A stretch of 64,000 nucleotides of DNA from Heterodontus francisci (Eukaryota). The translations under genes were made by a program, and so were the position numbers. Within the stretch, counting starts at the first letter, position 1, and every line of letters starts with the position of its first letter. Positions 14,426-34,962 of the stretch are shown piece after piece. Location of the stretch: positions 26,672,819 through 26,736,818 of the forward strand of contig NC_090411.1 in NCBI RefSeq assembly GCF_036365525.1, in the 5' to 3' direction. The notes below the pieces were generated by a model, which saw only the letters and a list, made by a program, of their open reading frames with translations, did not search any database and was not told the DNA's origin.

Positions 14426-14769
14426 TGCATCCTGCTGCTGCTTTCAAGCAGGAAGGCCTCTGATTGGCCCTCCAGCTTCAACAACCCGCCTGCTGTCCTT
14501 AATTGAACGATGAGTCCATCCTCTGGCTATTAATTGGCCTTCCCAGGGAAAATCACAGTGAGTGACTGTTCCCCACACAGTGCAGGTTCAGAAGCCCGCA
14601 GAGAAATTCCAGCCTTAAAGGTGGACGCGAGCACAGTGAAGACTGATTCTGGCCTCAGCTGACGTCCACTCACACGTAGACATGTGTTCACAAGTACACA
14701 CACTAACACGTGCACACTCATACACGTGTGTGCACACAGGCGTGGCAGTGTTGATCCTCTCTCAGGCAT

Positions 14770-14965
14770 TAGATCTCATTCTCTATTCAAAGTAGAGGAG
14801 GAAATTTTCCTTCAGCTTACATCACTAAAACAGACTATCTGGATATCATTATCACATTGCTGTTTGTGGGAGCTTGCTGTGCGCAAGTTGGCTGCCGAAT
14901 TTCCTACATTATAACAGTGACTACATTCAAAAGTACTTCATTAGCTGCAACGTGCTTTGGGACTT
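14770..14965 (+). mobile_element. DeuSINE-like fragment (paralogs ~29850-30045, ~40900-41095, ~55440-55635)
   Basis: ATTGCTGTTTGTGGGAGCTTGCTGTG..TTTCCTACATTAyAACAGTGACTACA..AAAAGTACTTCATT..GCTTTGGGAC. Confidence 0.6.
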
Positions 14966-15017
14966 TCAGACTTCTTCCTTTCGAGTTCTGTGACAGTCGT
15001 CTGTCTGTAAGACACAA

Positions 15018-15530
15018 GGGCCGGGATTTTCAATTGGCGGTTGGGTGGGGAAGGAGTGTGGGCGTAATTTGAAAACTCCGACCTCCGGAACGCAGGAGGG
15101 TGGGAGGTGGGCAATGGGAAGCCTGCTCGCCTGCAATTAGCAGCCCATTAATCTCCTTGAGGAGCTTGTTAACGGGCCTGGTCATCTGCGAACTTTGAAA
15201 TACTACATTTGGTCCCCACATCCAAACATTGATACATATTGTGAACAGCTGGGGCCAAGTACTGATCCTTGCGGTCACAGCCTGTCAATGCAAGAATGAC
15301 CCGTTTATTCCAACACTCTGTTTTCTGCCAGTTAACCAATCCTTAATCCATGCCAGTGTATTACCTCCTATCCCATGTACTTTAATTTTGCTAACCAATC
15401 TCCTGTCGGACGAGCTGCCTGCTCTCTTCTGTAAGGTAGTGGTAGGCCCCATCATGACTGCCGACTGCGGGGTCAGAACCCGGTAATTATCCGGCTTCGG
15501 GCTCCCGACCCCGATTTGAAACTCCAGCCC
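15018..15530. mobile_element. MITE-like element, possibly PIF/Harbinger (paralog ~41150-41656; right-truncated at ~30100 and ~55690)
   Basis: Terminal inverted repeats GGCCGGGATTTTCAATTG...CAATTTGAAAATCCAGCC; GC/CpG-richer interior; TSD not clear. Confidence 0.5.
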
Positions 15531-15704
15531 AAGATTTCACAGCAACAAATTCTAGGAACTGAGCTCAAAAAACTCTTCTTTGAATTGACGCCGACCTGAA
15601 CTACATTTGGTTACAGTTTGCGTTCAATGCCACCGACCGTAAACACACAGAAAAATGGTGGCCTGGAATTAACAGTGCAATATAATTGGGTAAACACTTT
15701 GTTT

Positions 15705-16065
15705 AATTTATTCTTGAGATGTGAGACTCACTGGCAAGGCCAGCATTTATTAATTGTCCTTGAGAAGCTGCTGGTGGGACTTGTTCTTGAACCGCTGTAG
15801 TCCACGTGCTGAAGATTCTCCCATCGTGTTGTTCGGAAGGGAGTTCCATGATTTTGATCCAGTGGCGATGAGGGAACGGTGATATATGTCCAAGTCGGAA
15901 TGGTGCGTGACTCAGAGGGGAACTTGGAGGTGGTGGCGTTCCCATACACCTGCTTCCTTTGTCCTTCGGGCTGGTGGAGGTCACATGCTCGGGAGGGGCT
16001 GTCGGAGTAGCCTTGGGGAGTTGCTGCAGTGTATCCTGTAGATAGTGCACACGGCAGCCCCGGTG
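15705..16065 (-). mobile_element. L2/CR1-type LINE 3' end (paralogs ~30615-30985, ~41815-42185, ~56205-56575)
   Basis: Reverse complement resembles the 3' end of the 1318-2475 element. Confidence 0.75.
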
Positions 16066-17024
16066 GAAATGGACCTTTAAGTTACTTGACGTGTTGTTTT
16101 GTCTCTCAAGTTAATCGATTTATTTTAAATTAGGTTATGCCGTCACTAAACTACAAGACAAAGGAAGATGTTCTTAGTGTAATATTGAACAGTATAATAT
16201 CCTAAACTGCAACCCGGTATTTGAAACAACTATTGAACAAAAGTAACTTGCTTCCACCAATCTGCCTTTGATCATGCCTTTTAACTGACTGGTTATCTTC
16301 AATTCTCCAGGACCATACAGACCACCAATCCACTGTTGAAGGCTGTTTTAGTTTGTTTTATGTCGAGTAGGAGGAGGCTCATGTGGAGCATAATTGCCAG
16401 CATGGACCAGTTGGGCCGAGTGGCCAGTTTTTGTGTTGTACATTGGATATAATTCTATGAAAACAGTATCAGAAACTAACTCATTGGAAACATTTTTGAC
16501 AGTAGATGATTGTTGATACAATTAAAGACTGAATATAGGGATAATACAATGGCAGGTACGTGATATGCATCCAGCAACTGATTCCTGGGGAAATTAGACA
16601 AGGGGGCCTGAGGCCTACCATGTAGCTGAGGTACTCAGCACTTTAGGGCATTGCTTTTCAAACTGGCCTCCCTGCAACCCAGGGAATCCTCAAGGTGATT
16701 GCAGGAGGTTCTGAATGGGTCACAACGTCATCAGATGTCAACCTGTCATCAGATACCTACATTGGTTGACCCACAAGCACATTATTTCTGTTGCTGAATA
16801 CTCATAGAAAAATGTTTTCTGCAAATGATGTCTCTATTTTCCAATGGTCTCCCAGCACTGCCATTTAAAAGTTAGGATAGGGAGTCCCTCAGAGTAACAA
16901 ACTAATGTAACTTTACAGATCTGTGTCAAGCTTGCCTTAAAATCTCCCCATAACTGACAAAATGAGGTTCTGGTGTATATTTTATTGCCATTTGTATGTC
17001 GGGGCACCTTTCAGCATTTGCACT

Positions 17025-17275
17025 TTTGAGGGAAGTCAAAGATCAAATCAGCTGTTACATCATGGTTGAATTGTCAATCAAAGGAATCTTGCCTTCAACA
17101 TTCTGATTGGCTCCTGGGTCCCAAATCCAACCCTGTGTTGATTGGAATCCTTGGCCATGGCAGCTGTTCAATTGATTAACGATTGGTCGGTCATCATTGA
17201 TGATGTCATTTCCTGCTTAATAAAATGGTGTTGGGGTCCTGGAGAATAAATTCAAGTCCTTTGATAGTGTAGTTT
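17025..17275 (+). promoter_or_regulatory. Proximal promoter of ferritin copy 2 (TATA changed to AATAAA)
   Basis: Homologous to the copy 1 promoter; AATAAA at 17245-17250 where type A has TATAAA. Confidence 0.55.
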
Positions 17276-17346
17276 TAGGTCTTTGGTGTTAATGTTAAAT
17301 TTGTGATAGTTTTTTGTTGGTGTAATTTAAAAACTAAATTCTCAAA

Positions 17347-22117
<4,771 letters not shown>

Positions 22118-22254
22118 TTTGGCATCACATTACCTAACTATTTGAATGTAGACTACTTTGTCTGTCATGTGCATTTCCAATTGTATGCAGATAAAATGTG
22201 GCTTTCTGTGTAAAAAGCTGTATCAAAAGAATTGAATTGTTCCACATTACTTGA

Positions 22255-22260
22255 AATAAA
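22255..22260 (+). terminator. Polyadenylation signal, copy 2
   Basis: AATAAA at the conserved position after the stop. Confidence 0.7.
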
Positions 22261-23780
22261 ACTATCTTCAATTGATTTTTGTCTGTATGAAGTTATATAC
22301 TATCATGCAGACCACTGACACTACTTTTAAGATTTGGCAACTTGTAGCTCAGTCATTTGAAGTCCATTTATTTGCTGTTAACTAGCTGAGCCAACCAGCA
22401 AGTAACAATTGTGAATAGACTGAATCTTCAACTGGGTTCCCCTCCAACTGGGGGAAGGTGAAATTTTCTTGGGCTTTGACTTGCCAATGACTTCAGCTGT
22501 GCCTCTATCACATGTGGTGACACATAAACTCAAATCATCCTGAACAAATTGTTATGGGTTGAAGTACTAGACCCCTGGGGGAGTGGAGGGGAAGATGTTG
22601 AACAAGAATTACTATTCTAGGCCAAAGTGAAATGCTTTTTCTGGCCTTGGGAGGCTACAAATTCAAGGCAACAAGTTACTTTTGCCTTTCCCAGCCCTTC
22701 CTCCCATCGAACACCTCATCTCATTAGGTTGTTTTCTTGCTGTGCTGCAAGAATGTCTGTAAAATAACTTTTGGGGAAAGAAGGAACAAAACCATCTGTT
22801 CCCAGTTCCTCATTTGATGCCATCTTCATCTACAGATCTAAGTTGCTTTGTCAGATGGCTAGGAAGTTGAGTGTCTTCAAGTTATGACAGGTGTGTAGTT
22901 TAGAAGCTCAAGTCAAAACAAATTGACTTGAGCCAAAAGATGTGAGCTGGCTGGACCAAGTTCAGCTCTGTCTCAAACTATCTTGAATTGGACAGAAAGC
23001 CATTCCTCTATTGTTGCTGGGTCAAAGTCTTGGAATTCCTTACCAATGTCTTCAACTTCGATTTGCTGTGCATGGCAGTGCCGAGTCTGTTTTCAGGTGG
23101 ATATGCATGCATATATCTTAAAGGGTACGTTGCTTATGTAGAGCCTGTTGGTCCTTGTGTGGCACATTCCTGGTTGCTGTACTGCTTTGAAGGACCATTT
23201 ATCCCCACCTAACATTGTTCAGAAATCTCACTGGAGACAGTAGCAATTCAAGGCAGCTCACCACCACCCTGAAGGGCAACTCAGGCTGGGTAGTAAATGC
23301 CTGTTTTTAAAAAAAAAAATGAAATCACAGTTGCTATAAATACAGCAGTTTGTGAATTTAAACATAGCAAGCCTAATGTCCTGTAATCTAGTTTGAAGTA
23401 TTGAAATAAATTGTCCACTTTTCATTTAGTGGCTGCACTTTCCAAGTTTAAGAATGGTCAATGTCCTGCATTTCTTAGCTTTCCCCATCTTTCAACTGTG
23501 TACAGATTATCTTACACAGGAGGTAGCTTTCCTGTCATATAAGTCAATGATCTCTTCAGCTAGTTTCCATTGCCTGAAAGGCTCAGAGGAATTTTCTTTC
23601 TCCCCTTCATGGATTTTTATCTGGCGGTCTCTTGCAGGAGATTACATGGTTTCGGGTGGGTGCAGTGTCTGTATTAAGAGCCATGAGAGCACAACTGTAT
23701 GGAACAGGCTCAATTGATCGGTTGGTCTCTTCATGGGGACTGGTGAGCCAGACTCACTGACACAAATTAACTATTTATAT

Positions 23781-23916
23781 AATAAAAGCAAAATATTGCA
23801 GATGCAGGAAATCTGAAATAAAAACAAGAAATGCTGGAAATACTCAGCATATCTGGCAGCATCTGTGGAGAGCGAAGCAGAGTTAACATTTCAGGTCAGT
23901 GACCCTTCTTCAGAAC
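23781..23916 (-). mobile_element. Penelope-like element terminal fragment with hammerhead-like motif (paralog 49360-49490)
   Basis: ~14-bp TSD TTAACTATTTATAT/TTAACCACTTATAT; empty site at ~205-222; minus strand reads CTGAAGA-stem-GAAA. Confidence 0.65.
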
Positions 23917-24149
23917 TTAACCACTTATATCATGTGCTAAAGGGCACTTTTCCCCCAACGAGGAGAGAATATTCTAATTGAGACTGAGCCAGTGTTCTAT
24001 ACAAGTTTAACATAACTTCCTTGCTTCTGTACTCGATGAATGAACCCGAGAATGCTGGATGCTCTATTAACAGCTCTCTCAACCTGTCCTGCCACCTTTA
24101 ATGATTTATGCACATGTACACCCAGGTCCCTCTATATAATACAATATAG

Positions 24150-26165
24150 TGCAGAAGAGGCCCTTTAGCCCATCGAGACTGCACCGATGCATTAAAGATA
24201 CCTGACCTGTCTACCTAATCCCATTTGCCAAAACTTGGCCCATAGCCTTGAATGTTATGATGTGCCAAGTGCTCATCCAGGTGCTTTTTAAATGATGTGA
24301 GGCAACACGCCTCTACCACCCTCCCAGGCAGGGCATTCCAGACCGTCACCACCCTCTGGGTAAAAAAGTCCTTTCTCAAATCCCCCTTAAACCTCCCGCC
24401 CCTCACCTTAAAACTTGTGTCCCCTCGTAACTGACCCTTCAACTAAGGGGAACAGCTGCTCCCTATCCACCCTGTCCATGCCCCTCATAATCTTGTACAC
24501 CTCGATCAGGTCACCCCTCAGTCTTCTCTGCTCCAGCAAAAACAACCCAAGCCTATCCAACCTCTCTTCATAGCTTAAATGTTCCATCCCAGGCAACATC
24601 CTGGTGAATCGCCTCTGCACCCCCTCCAGTGCAATCACATTCTTCCGATAATGTGGCGACCAGAATTGCACACAGTACTCCAGCTGTGGCCTTACCAAAG
24701 TTCTGTACAACTCCAACATGACCTCCCTGCTTTTGTAATCTATTTGTATCCCTATTAACCTGCCCTTCTGCCTTCAGAGATCTATGGACAAACTCGCCAA
24801 GGTCCCTTTGTTCCTTGGAACTTCCCAGTGTCAGGCCATTTATTGAATACTTCCGTGTCACATTACTCCTTCCAAAGTGCATCACCTCACACTTTTCAGC
24901 GTTAAATTCCATCTGCCACTTTTCTGCCCATTTGACCATCCCGTCTATATCTTCCTATAACCCAAGACACTCCACCTCACTGTTAACTACTCGGCCAATC
25001 TTCGTGTCATCCGCGAACTTACTGATCCTACCCCCACATAGTCATCTATGTCGTTTATATAAATGACAAACAATAGGGGACCCAGCACAGATCCCTGTCG
25101 TCCGCCACTGGACACTGGCTTCCAGTCACTAAAACAGCCGTCTGTCATCACTCTCTGTCTCCTACAGCTAAGCCAATTTTGAATCCATCTTATCAAGTTA
25201 CCCTGTATCCCATGTGTATTTGCTTTCTTGATAAGTCTCCCATGTGGGACCTTGTCAAAGGCTTTGCTGAAATCCATGTAAACTACATCAACTGCACTGC
25301 CCTCATCGACACACACGGTCACATGCTCAAAAAATTCAATCAAATTTGTTAGGCATGACCTCCCTTTTGCAAAGCCATGCTGACTATTCCTAATCAAATT
25401 TTGCCTCTCCAAGTGGAGATAGATTCTCTCCTTCAGAATTTTCTCCAATAGTTTCCCAACCACTGACGTGAGACTCACTGGTCTGTAGTTCCCTGGCTTA
25501 TCTCTACAAACTTTCTTAAATAGTGGGACCACATTTGCTGTTTTCCAGTCCTCTGGCAGCTCCCCCGTGGCCAGAAAGAAATTAAAAATTAGGGTCAGAG
25601 CCCCTGCAATCTCCACCCTCGCCTCCCACAGCATCCTGGGACACAAATTGTCCGGACCTGGAGATTTGTCCACTTTTAAGCCTGCCAAAACCTCCAATAC
25701 CTTGTCACTCCCTATGACAATTTGCTCAAGAACCTCACAGTCTCTCTCTTTGAGTTCCATATCTACATCCACATTCTCTTGGGTGAAGACAGATGTGAAG
25801 TATTCATTCAACACCCTACCAATGTCCTCTGGCTCCACCAACAGATTTCCCCCTTGGTCCCTAATGGGTCCTACGCTTTCCCTTGTTATGCAATGTGGCT
25901 GTCCCTTTTTTATTTCTAAACTCCACCCATAAAGCTTCATTTGATGCCCCCTCCAAGGTATCATCTCTCCTTACTGCAGTAACTGACTCCTTAACTAATA
26001 TTTTACCCCTCCTCTGTCTCGCCTGAAGATTCTATATCCCGGGATATTGAGCTGCCAATCCTGCCCCTCCCTCAACCATGTCTCTTTCGGTGATGGCTAC
26101 TATATCACAATTCCACATGTCAATCCTTGCCCTTAACTCATATGTTTTACCTGTAATACTCCTGC
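24150..26165 (-). mobile_element. CR1 (HER1-like) LINE with internal deletion
   Basis: ORFs 24987..25964, 24568..24939, 24408..24719 and 24215..24442 tile CR1 ORF2 (RT) with frameshifts. Confidence 0.92.
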
Positions 26166-26179
26166 ACCCCCTTTAGAGT

Positions 26180-28680
26180 TGCACTCATTATTTTATGTTA
26201 TCTCTGCATTTATCCAACCAAAATGAATCACTTCACACTTTGCTGCATTACATTTCACCTGTCTCTTTTCCACCCGTTCCAACAACCTATCTATGTCCTT
26301 TTGGAGTTCTATACTGTCCTCCTCATAGTTCACAATGTTTCCAAGTTTTGTATCAAATGCCAATTTTGAAATTTTGCCCTGTACGGCAAGATCGGGGTTA
26401 TTAATACATATATCAGGTACAGCAGGGGTCCTAACATCGAACCTTGGGGAACTCCACTACAAACTTTCCTCCAGTCCGAAAAACATCCATTATCACTACT
26501 CTCTGTTTCCTATCACTCAGCCAATTTCATATCCATCTTGCTACTGTCCCTTTCATTCCATGAGCTAGAGCTTTGCTCACGAGTCTGGTTTTTGGCACTG
26601 TGTCAAATGATTTTTGGAAGTCCATGTATACCACATCAACAGCATTACCCTGATCAACCTTCTCTGTTACCTCATCAAAAACTCCAGCAAGTTGTTAAAC
26701 ACAATTTGCCCTTCACAAATTAGGCTTTCCATAATTAACCCACATTTGCCCAAGTGGCTATTAATTTTATCCCAAATTATAATTTCTAAAACCTTCCCAC
26801 CACTGAGGTTAAACTGACTGGCCTGTAGTTGCTGGGCTTATCTTTACAACCTTTTTTGAACAATGGTGTAACATTTCCAATTCTCCAGGCCCCTGGCACC
26901 ACCCCTGAATCTAAGGAAGACTGGAAAATTATGCCGCTGCAATTTCCACTCTCACTTCCTTCAGTATCCTTGGATGCATCTCATCTCGTCCTGCTGCCTT
27001 ATCAACTTTAAGTACCGCGAGCCTATCCAATACCTCTTCCTTATCAATTTTAAATCATTTAAGTGCCTGAATTACTTCCTCTTTCATCATGACCTGTGCA
27101 GCATCTTCTTCCTTGGTAAAGAGAGATGCAAAGTATTCCTTTCATACCTCAGCCATACCCCCTGCCTCCATGTGTAAATCCCTTTATTAGTCCCTAATTG
27201 GCCCCACTCCTCCTTTTACCACCCTTTTACTGTTAATGTTCCCATAGAAGACCTTTGGGTTCCCTTTATATTTTCTGCCAGTCCCTTCTCGTACTCTTTG
27301 TTGCTCTTATTTGCCTTTTCACTTCCCTTGTGAACTTTCGATATTCTGCTTGGTTCTCACCTGACATCTGTCATGGCATATTTTTTCGTCTTCATCTTTA
27401 TCTTTTTCATCAACCGGGGAGCTCTGGATTTGTTTGCACCACCTTTCCCCTTTGTGGGAATATACCTTGACTGTGCCCAAACTATCTCTTCTTGAAAGGC
27501 AGCTCATTGTTCAGTTACCATTCTGTCTGCCAATCTTTGATTCCAATTAATCTGGGTCAAATCCATTCTTAACCCAATTGAAGTTGGCATTCTCCCAATC
27601 CATTATTCTTACTCTGGATTGTTCTTTATCCTTTTTTGTAGCTAACCTAAATCTTATGATACAATGATCACTATTCCCTAAACGTTCGCCAACTGACACT
27701 TGATCCAATTGGCCCACCTCATTCCCAAGAATCAGGTCTAGCAGTGTCTCCTTTCTCATTAGACTGGAAACCATACTGCTGCAGAAAATTCTCCTGAACA
27801 CACTCAAGGAAATCTAGCCCTTCTTTTCCCTTTACATGACTACTATCCCAGTTTATATTCAGAGAATTAAAGTTCTCCATTATAACCACTCTATAATTCT
27901 TGCACTTCTCTGCAATGTCCTTCCAAATTTGCTCCTCTGCACCTTTGCTGCTATTTGATGGCCGATAAATTACACCCAGCAATGTAATTGCACTTTTTTT
28001 GTTCCTCAGCTCCAGCCGAATAGATTCGGTCCTTGACTCCTCTGGGTCATCCTTTCTCTCAGGCACTGCAATGTTCTCCTTCATCAAAACTGATACCCCT
28101 CCCCCTTTCCTTCCTTTCCTATCTTTCTTGAACACCTTATATCCAGGAATATTTAGTACCCAGTCCTGCCCTTCTTTGAGCCAGGTCTCTGTTATTGCCA
28201 CAACCTCATATTTCCATGTGGCTGGCTGTGCCTGCAGCTCGCCAACCTTATTTACACTCCGCGCATTCGCAAACAGTAAAGCCTAATTTAAATGTTATTA
28301 CTTCCCCTGTTCCTCTGACTCCATCTAATAAACTTGCTATTTCTTACTCTAGTGCAATCTGTATCTTTCAATTCTCTGTGCACCTTGGTGTTCCTCTGTT
28401 GTATTATCTCCTGGGTCCCACACCCCTGCCAAGTTAGTTTAAACCCTCCCAAATAGCACTAGCAAATCGCTCCGCATGGATCCTGTCCCAGCTCTGTTCA
28501 ACTTGCCTGGCCTCTAAAGGTCCCATCTTCTCCAGATCTTGTCCCAGTGTCACAAGAATCTAATGCCTTCCCTCCTGCACCATCTTTCCAGTCATGCATT
28601 CATCTGGTCTATTCTCTATTTCTATACTCACTTGCACTTGGTACCAGGAATAATCCAGAGATTACTACTTTAACTACCAG
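26180..28680 (-). mobile_element. Old decayed CR1 LINE including the AP-endonuclease region
   Basis: ORF 27719..28201 AITETWL..DR..RKGGGV..GVIYRP..; homologous to 10955-13570 and 2485-4440. Confidence 0.88.
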
Positions 28681-31364
28681 AGACTACTACTCCTCCTGGC
28701 TGGCCTCCCATATTCTAGGAGGTCATCCAGAACTCCAGTGCCCTTGTCCTCAATCACACCAAGTCCTATTCACCCATCATGCCTATCATCGCTGACCCAC
28801 ATTAACCTCCTGGTTAACCAAAGCCGCTATTTCAAATTCTCACCCTTCTTTTCAAATCCTTCATATGGCCTCGCCCATCCCTATCTCTGCAATCCATCCG
28901 GCCCCACAGCCCTCGAAATATCTGCACTCCTTTAATTTTGGCCTTTGAGCATTTACAATTTTAATTGCTCCACCATTGCCAGCCGTACCTTCAGAAATTT
29001 CATCCTTAAACATCCTCACCTCTTTACCTCTCTCTCTCTATTCCTTGAAGATACTCCTTAAAATCCAGCGGTTTGATCAAGCTTTTGTCACCTCCATTTA
29101 GAATCATCCTCTCCTTCACTTACCTTCCGCTGCATCAAAATCATGAGGGTTCTGGACAGAGTAGATAGGAAGAAACTGTTCCCACTCGTGAAAGGATGAT
29201 GAAAGGGAGGGCATAGATTTCAGGTAATTGGGAAAAGAAAATAAGGTGAGGTCAAGGTTTGGAAAGAACTGCCTGAGAGTGTGGTGGAGGCAGGTTCAAT
29301 CGAGGCTTTCAAAAGGGAATTAGACTGTTATATGAAAAGGAAGAACGCGCAGGGTTACGGGGAGAAGGCGGGGGAATGGCATTAGGTGACATGCTGATTC
29401 GGCGAGCCGGTGCAGACACAATGGGCCGAATGGCCTCCTTTGATGTTGGAACAGTTCTATGATTCTGTGATTCTGCATCCTGTTGCTGCTTTCAAGCTGG
29501 GATATGCCCATAGAAGACGTTTGGATTCCCTTTTATATTTGCAGCCAGTCTCTCCAGCTTCGATTACCACCCCACTGTCCTCAATTGAACGATGAGTCCA
29601 TCCTCTGGCTATCAATTGGCCACCCCAGGGAAAATCACAGTGAGTGACTGTTCCCCACACAGTACGGGTTCAGAAGCCAGCAGGGAAATTCCAGCCCTAA
29701 AGGTGGAGGCGAGCACAGTGAAGTCTAATTCTGTCCTCAGCCCATATCCACTCACACGTACACACGTGTTCACAAATACACACACGAACATATGCACACT
29801 CATACATGTGTGTGCACACAGGGGTAGCAGTGTGGATCGTCTCAGGCATTAGATCTCATTCTCTATTCAAAGAAGAGCAGGGAATTTTCCTTCAGCTTAC
29901 ATCACTAAAACAGACTATCTGGTGGTCATTATCATATTGCAGTTTGTGGGAGCTTGCTGTGCACATATTAGCTACCGAATTTCCTACATTACAACAGTGA
30001 CTACATTTCAAAAGTACTTCATTAGCTGCAACGTGCTTTGGGACTTTCAGAGTTCTTCCTTTCGAGTTCTGCGACAGTCGTCTGTCTGGAAGACACAAGG
30101 GCCGGGATTTTCAATTGCCGGTTGGGTGGGGAATGAATGTGGACGCAATTTGAAAACCGTCACCTCTGAAACGCGGGACGGTGGGAAGGGGCAACGGGAA
30201 ACCTTTTCGCCGACAATTAACAGCCCATTAACCTCCTTGAGGAGCTTGTTAACGGGACTGGGAGCGTGAGGAAGCAATTTTTAAAAGTTAGAGCGCCGAA
30301 CTTAAACAGTCTGGTGCAGGTTATTGCACAGTCGTCGGGTCCAACGTGGGCAAAGGTGAAAATTCTTTTATTGGTGATGACAAATTTCGGGAGCTGGGGG
30401 ATTTTCGCTGGATCCTGCACTTTACCTTCCATTTGGCCATTTGGCCACTTTTCAGAGCAACAATATTCTCTGAACCAAGATTAAAAAACTCTTCTTTGAA
30501 TTGACACCGACCTGAACTACATTTGGTTGCAGTTTGCGTTCAATGCCAGCTACTGTAAAAACACAGAAAAATGGTGGCTTGGAAATAACAGTGCAATATT
30601 ATTGGTAAACACTTTAATTTATTCTTGAGATGTGAGACTCACTGGCAAGGCCAGCATTTATTGCCCATCTCCAACTGGTCATGAGAAGGAGCTGGTGGGA
30701 CTTGTTCTTGAACCGCTATAGTCCATGCGCTGAAGATGCTCCCATAGTGTTGGTCGGAAGGGAGTTCCATGATTTTGACCCGGTGACGATGAGGGAGCGG
30801 TGATATATGTCCAAGTCAGAATGGTGTGTGGCTCAGAGGGGAACTTGGAGGTGGTGGCGTTCCCATACACCTGCTTCCTTTGTCCTTCGGGCTGGTGGAG
30901 GTCACATGCTAGGGAGGGGCTGTCGGAGTAGCCTTGGGGAGTTGCTGCAGTGTATCCTGTAGATAGTGCACACAGCAGCCCCAGTGGAAATGGACCTTTC
31001 AGCTACCTGACATGTTGTTTTGTCTCTTAAGTTAATTGCACCAATTCACCATAACCAACTTGCCTCTCATGCCCTCATATTTACCTTTGTTCAGATTTAA
31101 GACCTTAGTTTCAGAATAAACTGTATCTCTTTCAAACTTCATGTAGAATTCTATCATATTGTTGTCACTATTTCCCAATGGCTCCTTTACTGCGCTGCCA
31201 TTTAAATGTTAGGATAAGGAGTCCCTCAGAGTAACAAACTAATGTAACTTTACAGATCTGCATCAAGCTTGTCTTCATATCTCCCCACAACTGCCAAAAT
31301 GAGGTTCTGCTGTATATTTTATTGTCATTTTTAACTCGAGGCCTGTTCAAAGTTCGTACTTTTC

Positions 31365-31610
31365 AGGGAGGTCAAAGATCAAATAAGCTGTTACATTCTG
31401 GTTGAATTGTCAATTAAAGGAGCCTTACCATCAACATTCTGATTGGCTCCTGGGTCCCAAATCCGACCCTGTGTTGATTGGAATCCTTGGACATGGCAGC
31501 TGTTCAATTGATTAACGAGTGGTCGGTCATCATTGATGATGTCATTTCCTGGTTAATAAAATGGTGTTGGGGTCCTGGACTATAAATTCAAGTCCTTTGA
31601 CAGTGTAGTT
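31365..31610 (+). promoter_or_regulatory. Proximal promoter of ferritin copy 3
   Basis: TATAAA 31581-31586; two ATTGG boxes, DR1-like and CRE-like motifs conserved. Confidence 0.6.
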
Positions 31611-31676
31611 TTATGTAGTTGGTGTTAATTTGTGATAGTTTTTTTGTTGGTGTAAATTGAAAGCTACATTTACAAA

Positions 31677-34808
<3,132 letters not shown>

Positions 34809-34956
34809 TGTGGCATCACATTACCTAACTATTTGAATGTAGACTACTTTGTCTGTCATGTGCATTTCCAATTGTATGCAGATAAAATGCAGCTTTATAT
34901 TTATTTTTAAAAAAAAATGCTGTATCTAAAGAATTTAATTGTTCCACATTAATTGA

Positions 34957-34962
34957 AATAAA
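34957..34962 (+). terminator. Polyadenylation signal, copy 3
   Basis: AATAAA at the conserved position after the stop. Confidence 0.7.

Noticed and set aside
14668-14740. CA/TG-rich tract with CACGTG E-boxes and partial palindromes
   Set aside because: Looks like a decayed purine-pyrimidine microsatellite; variable among paralogs with no supporting evidence of function.
24987-25964. Long reverse-transcriptase ORFs (325, 271, 246 aa) as active or domesticated genes
   Set aside because: Truncated CR1 ORF2 pieces with frameshifts, stops and internal deletions that differ between paralogs.
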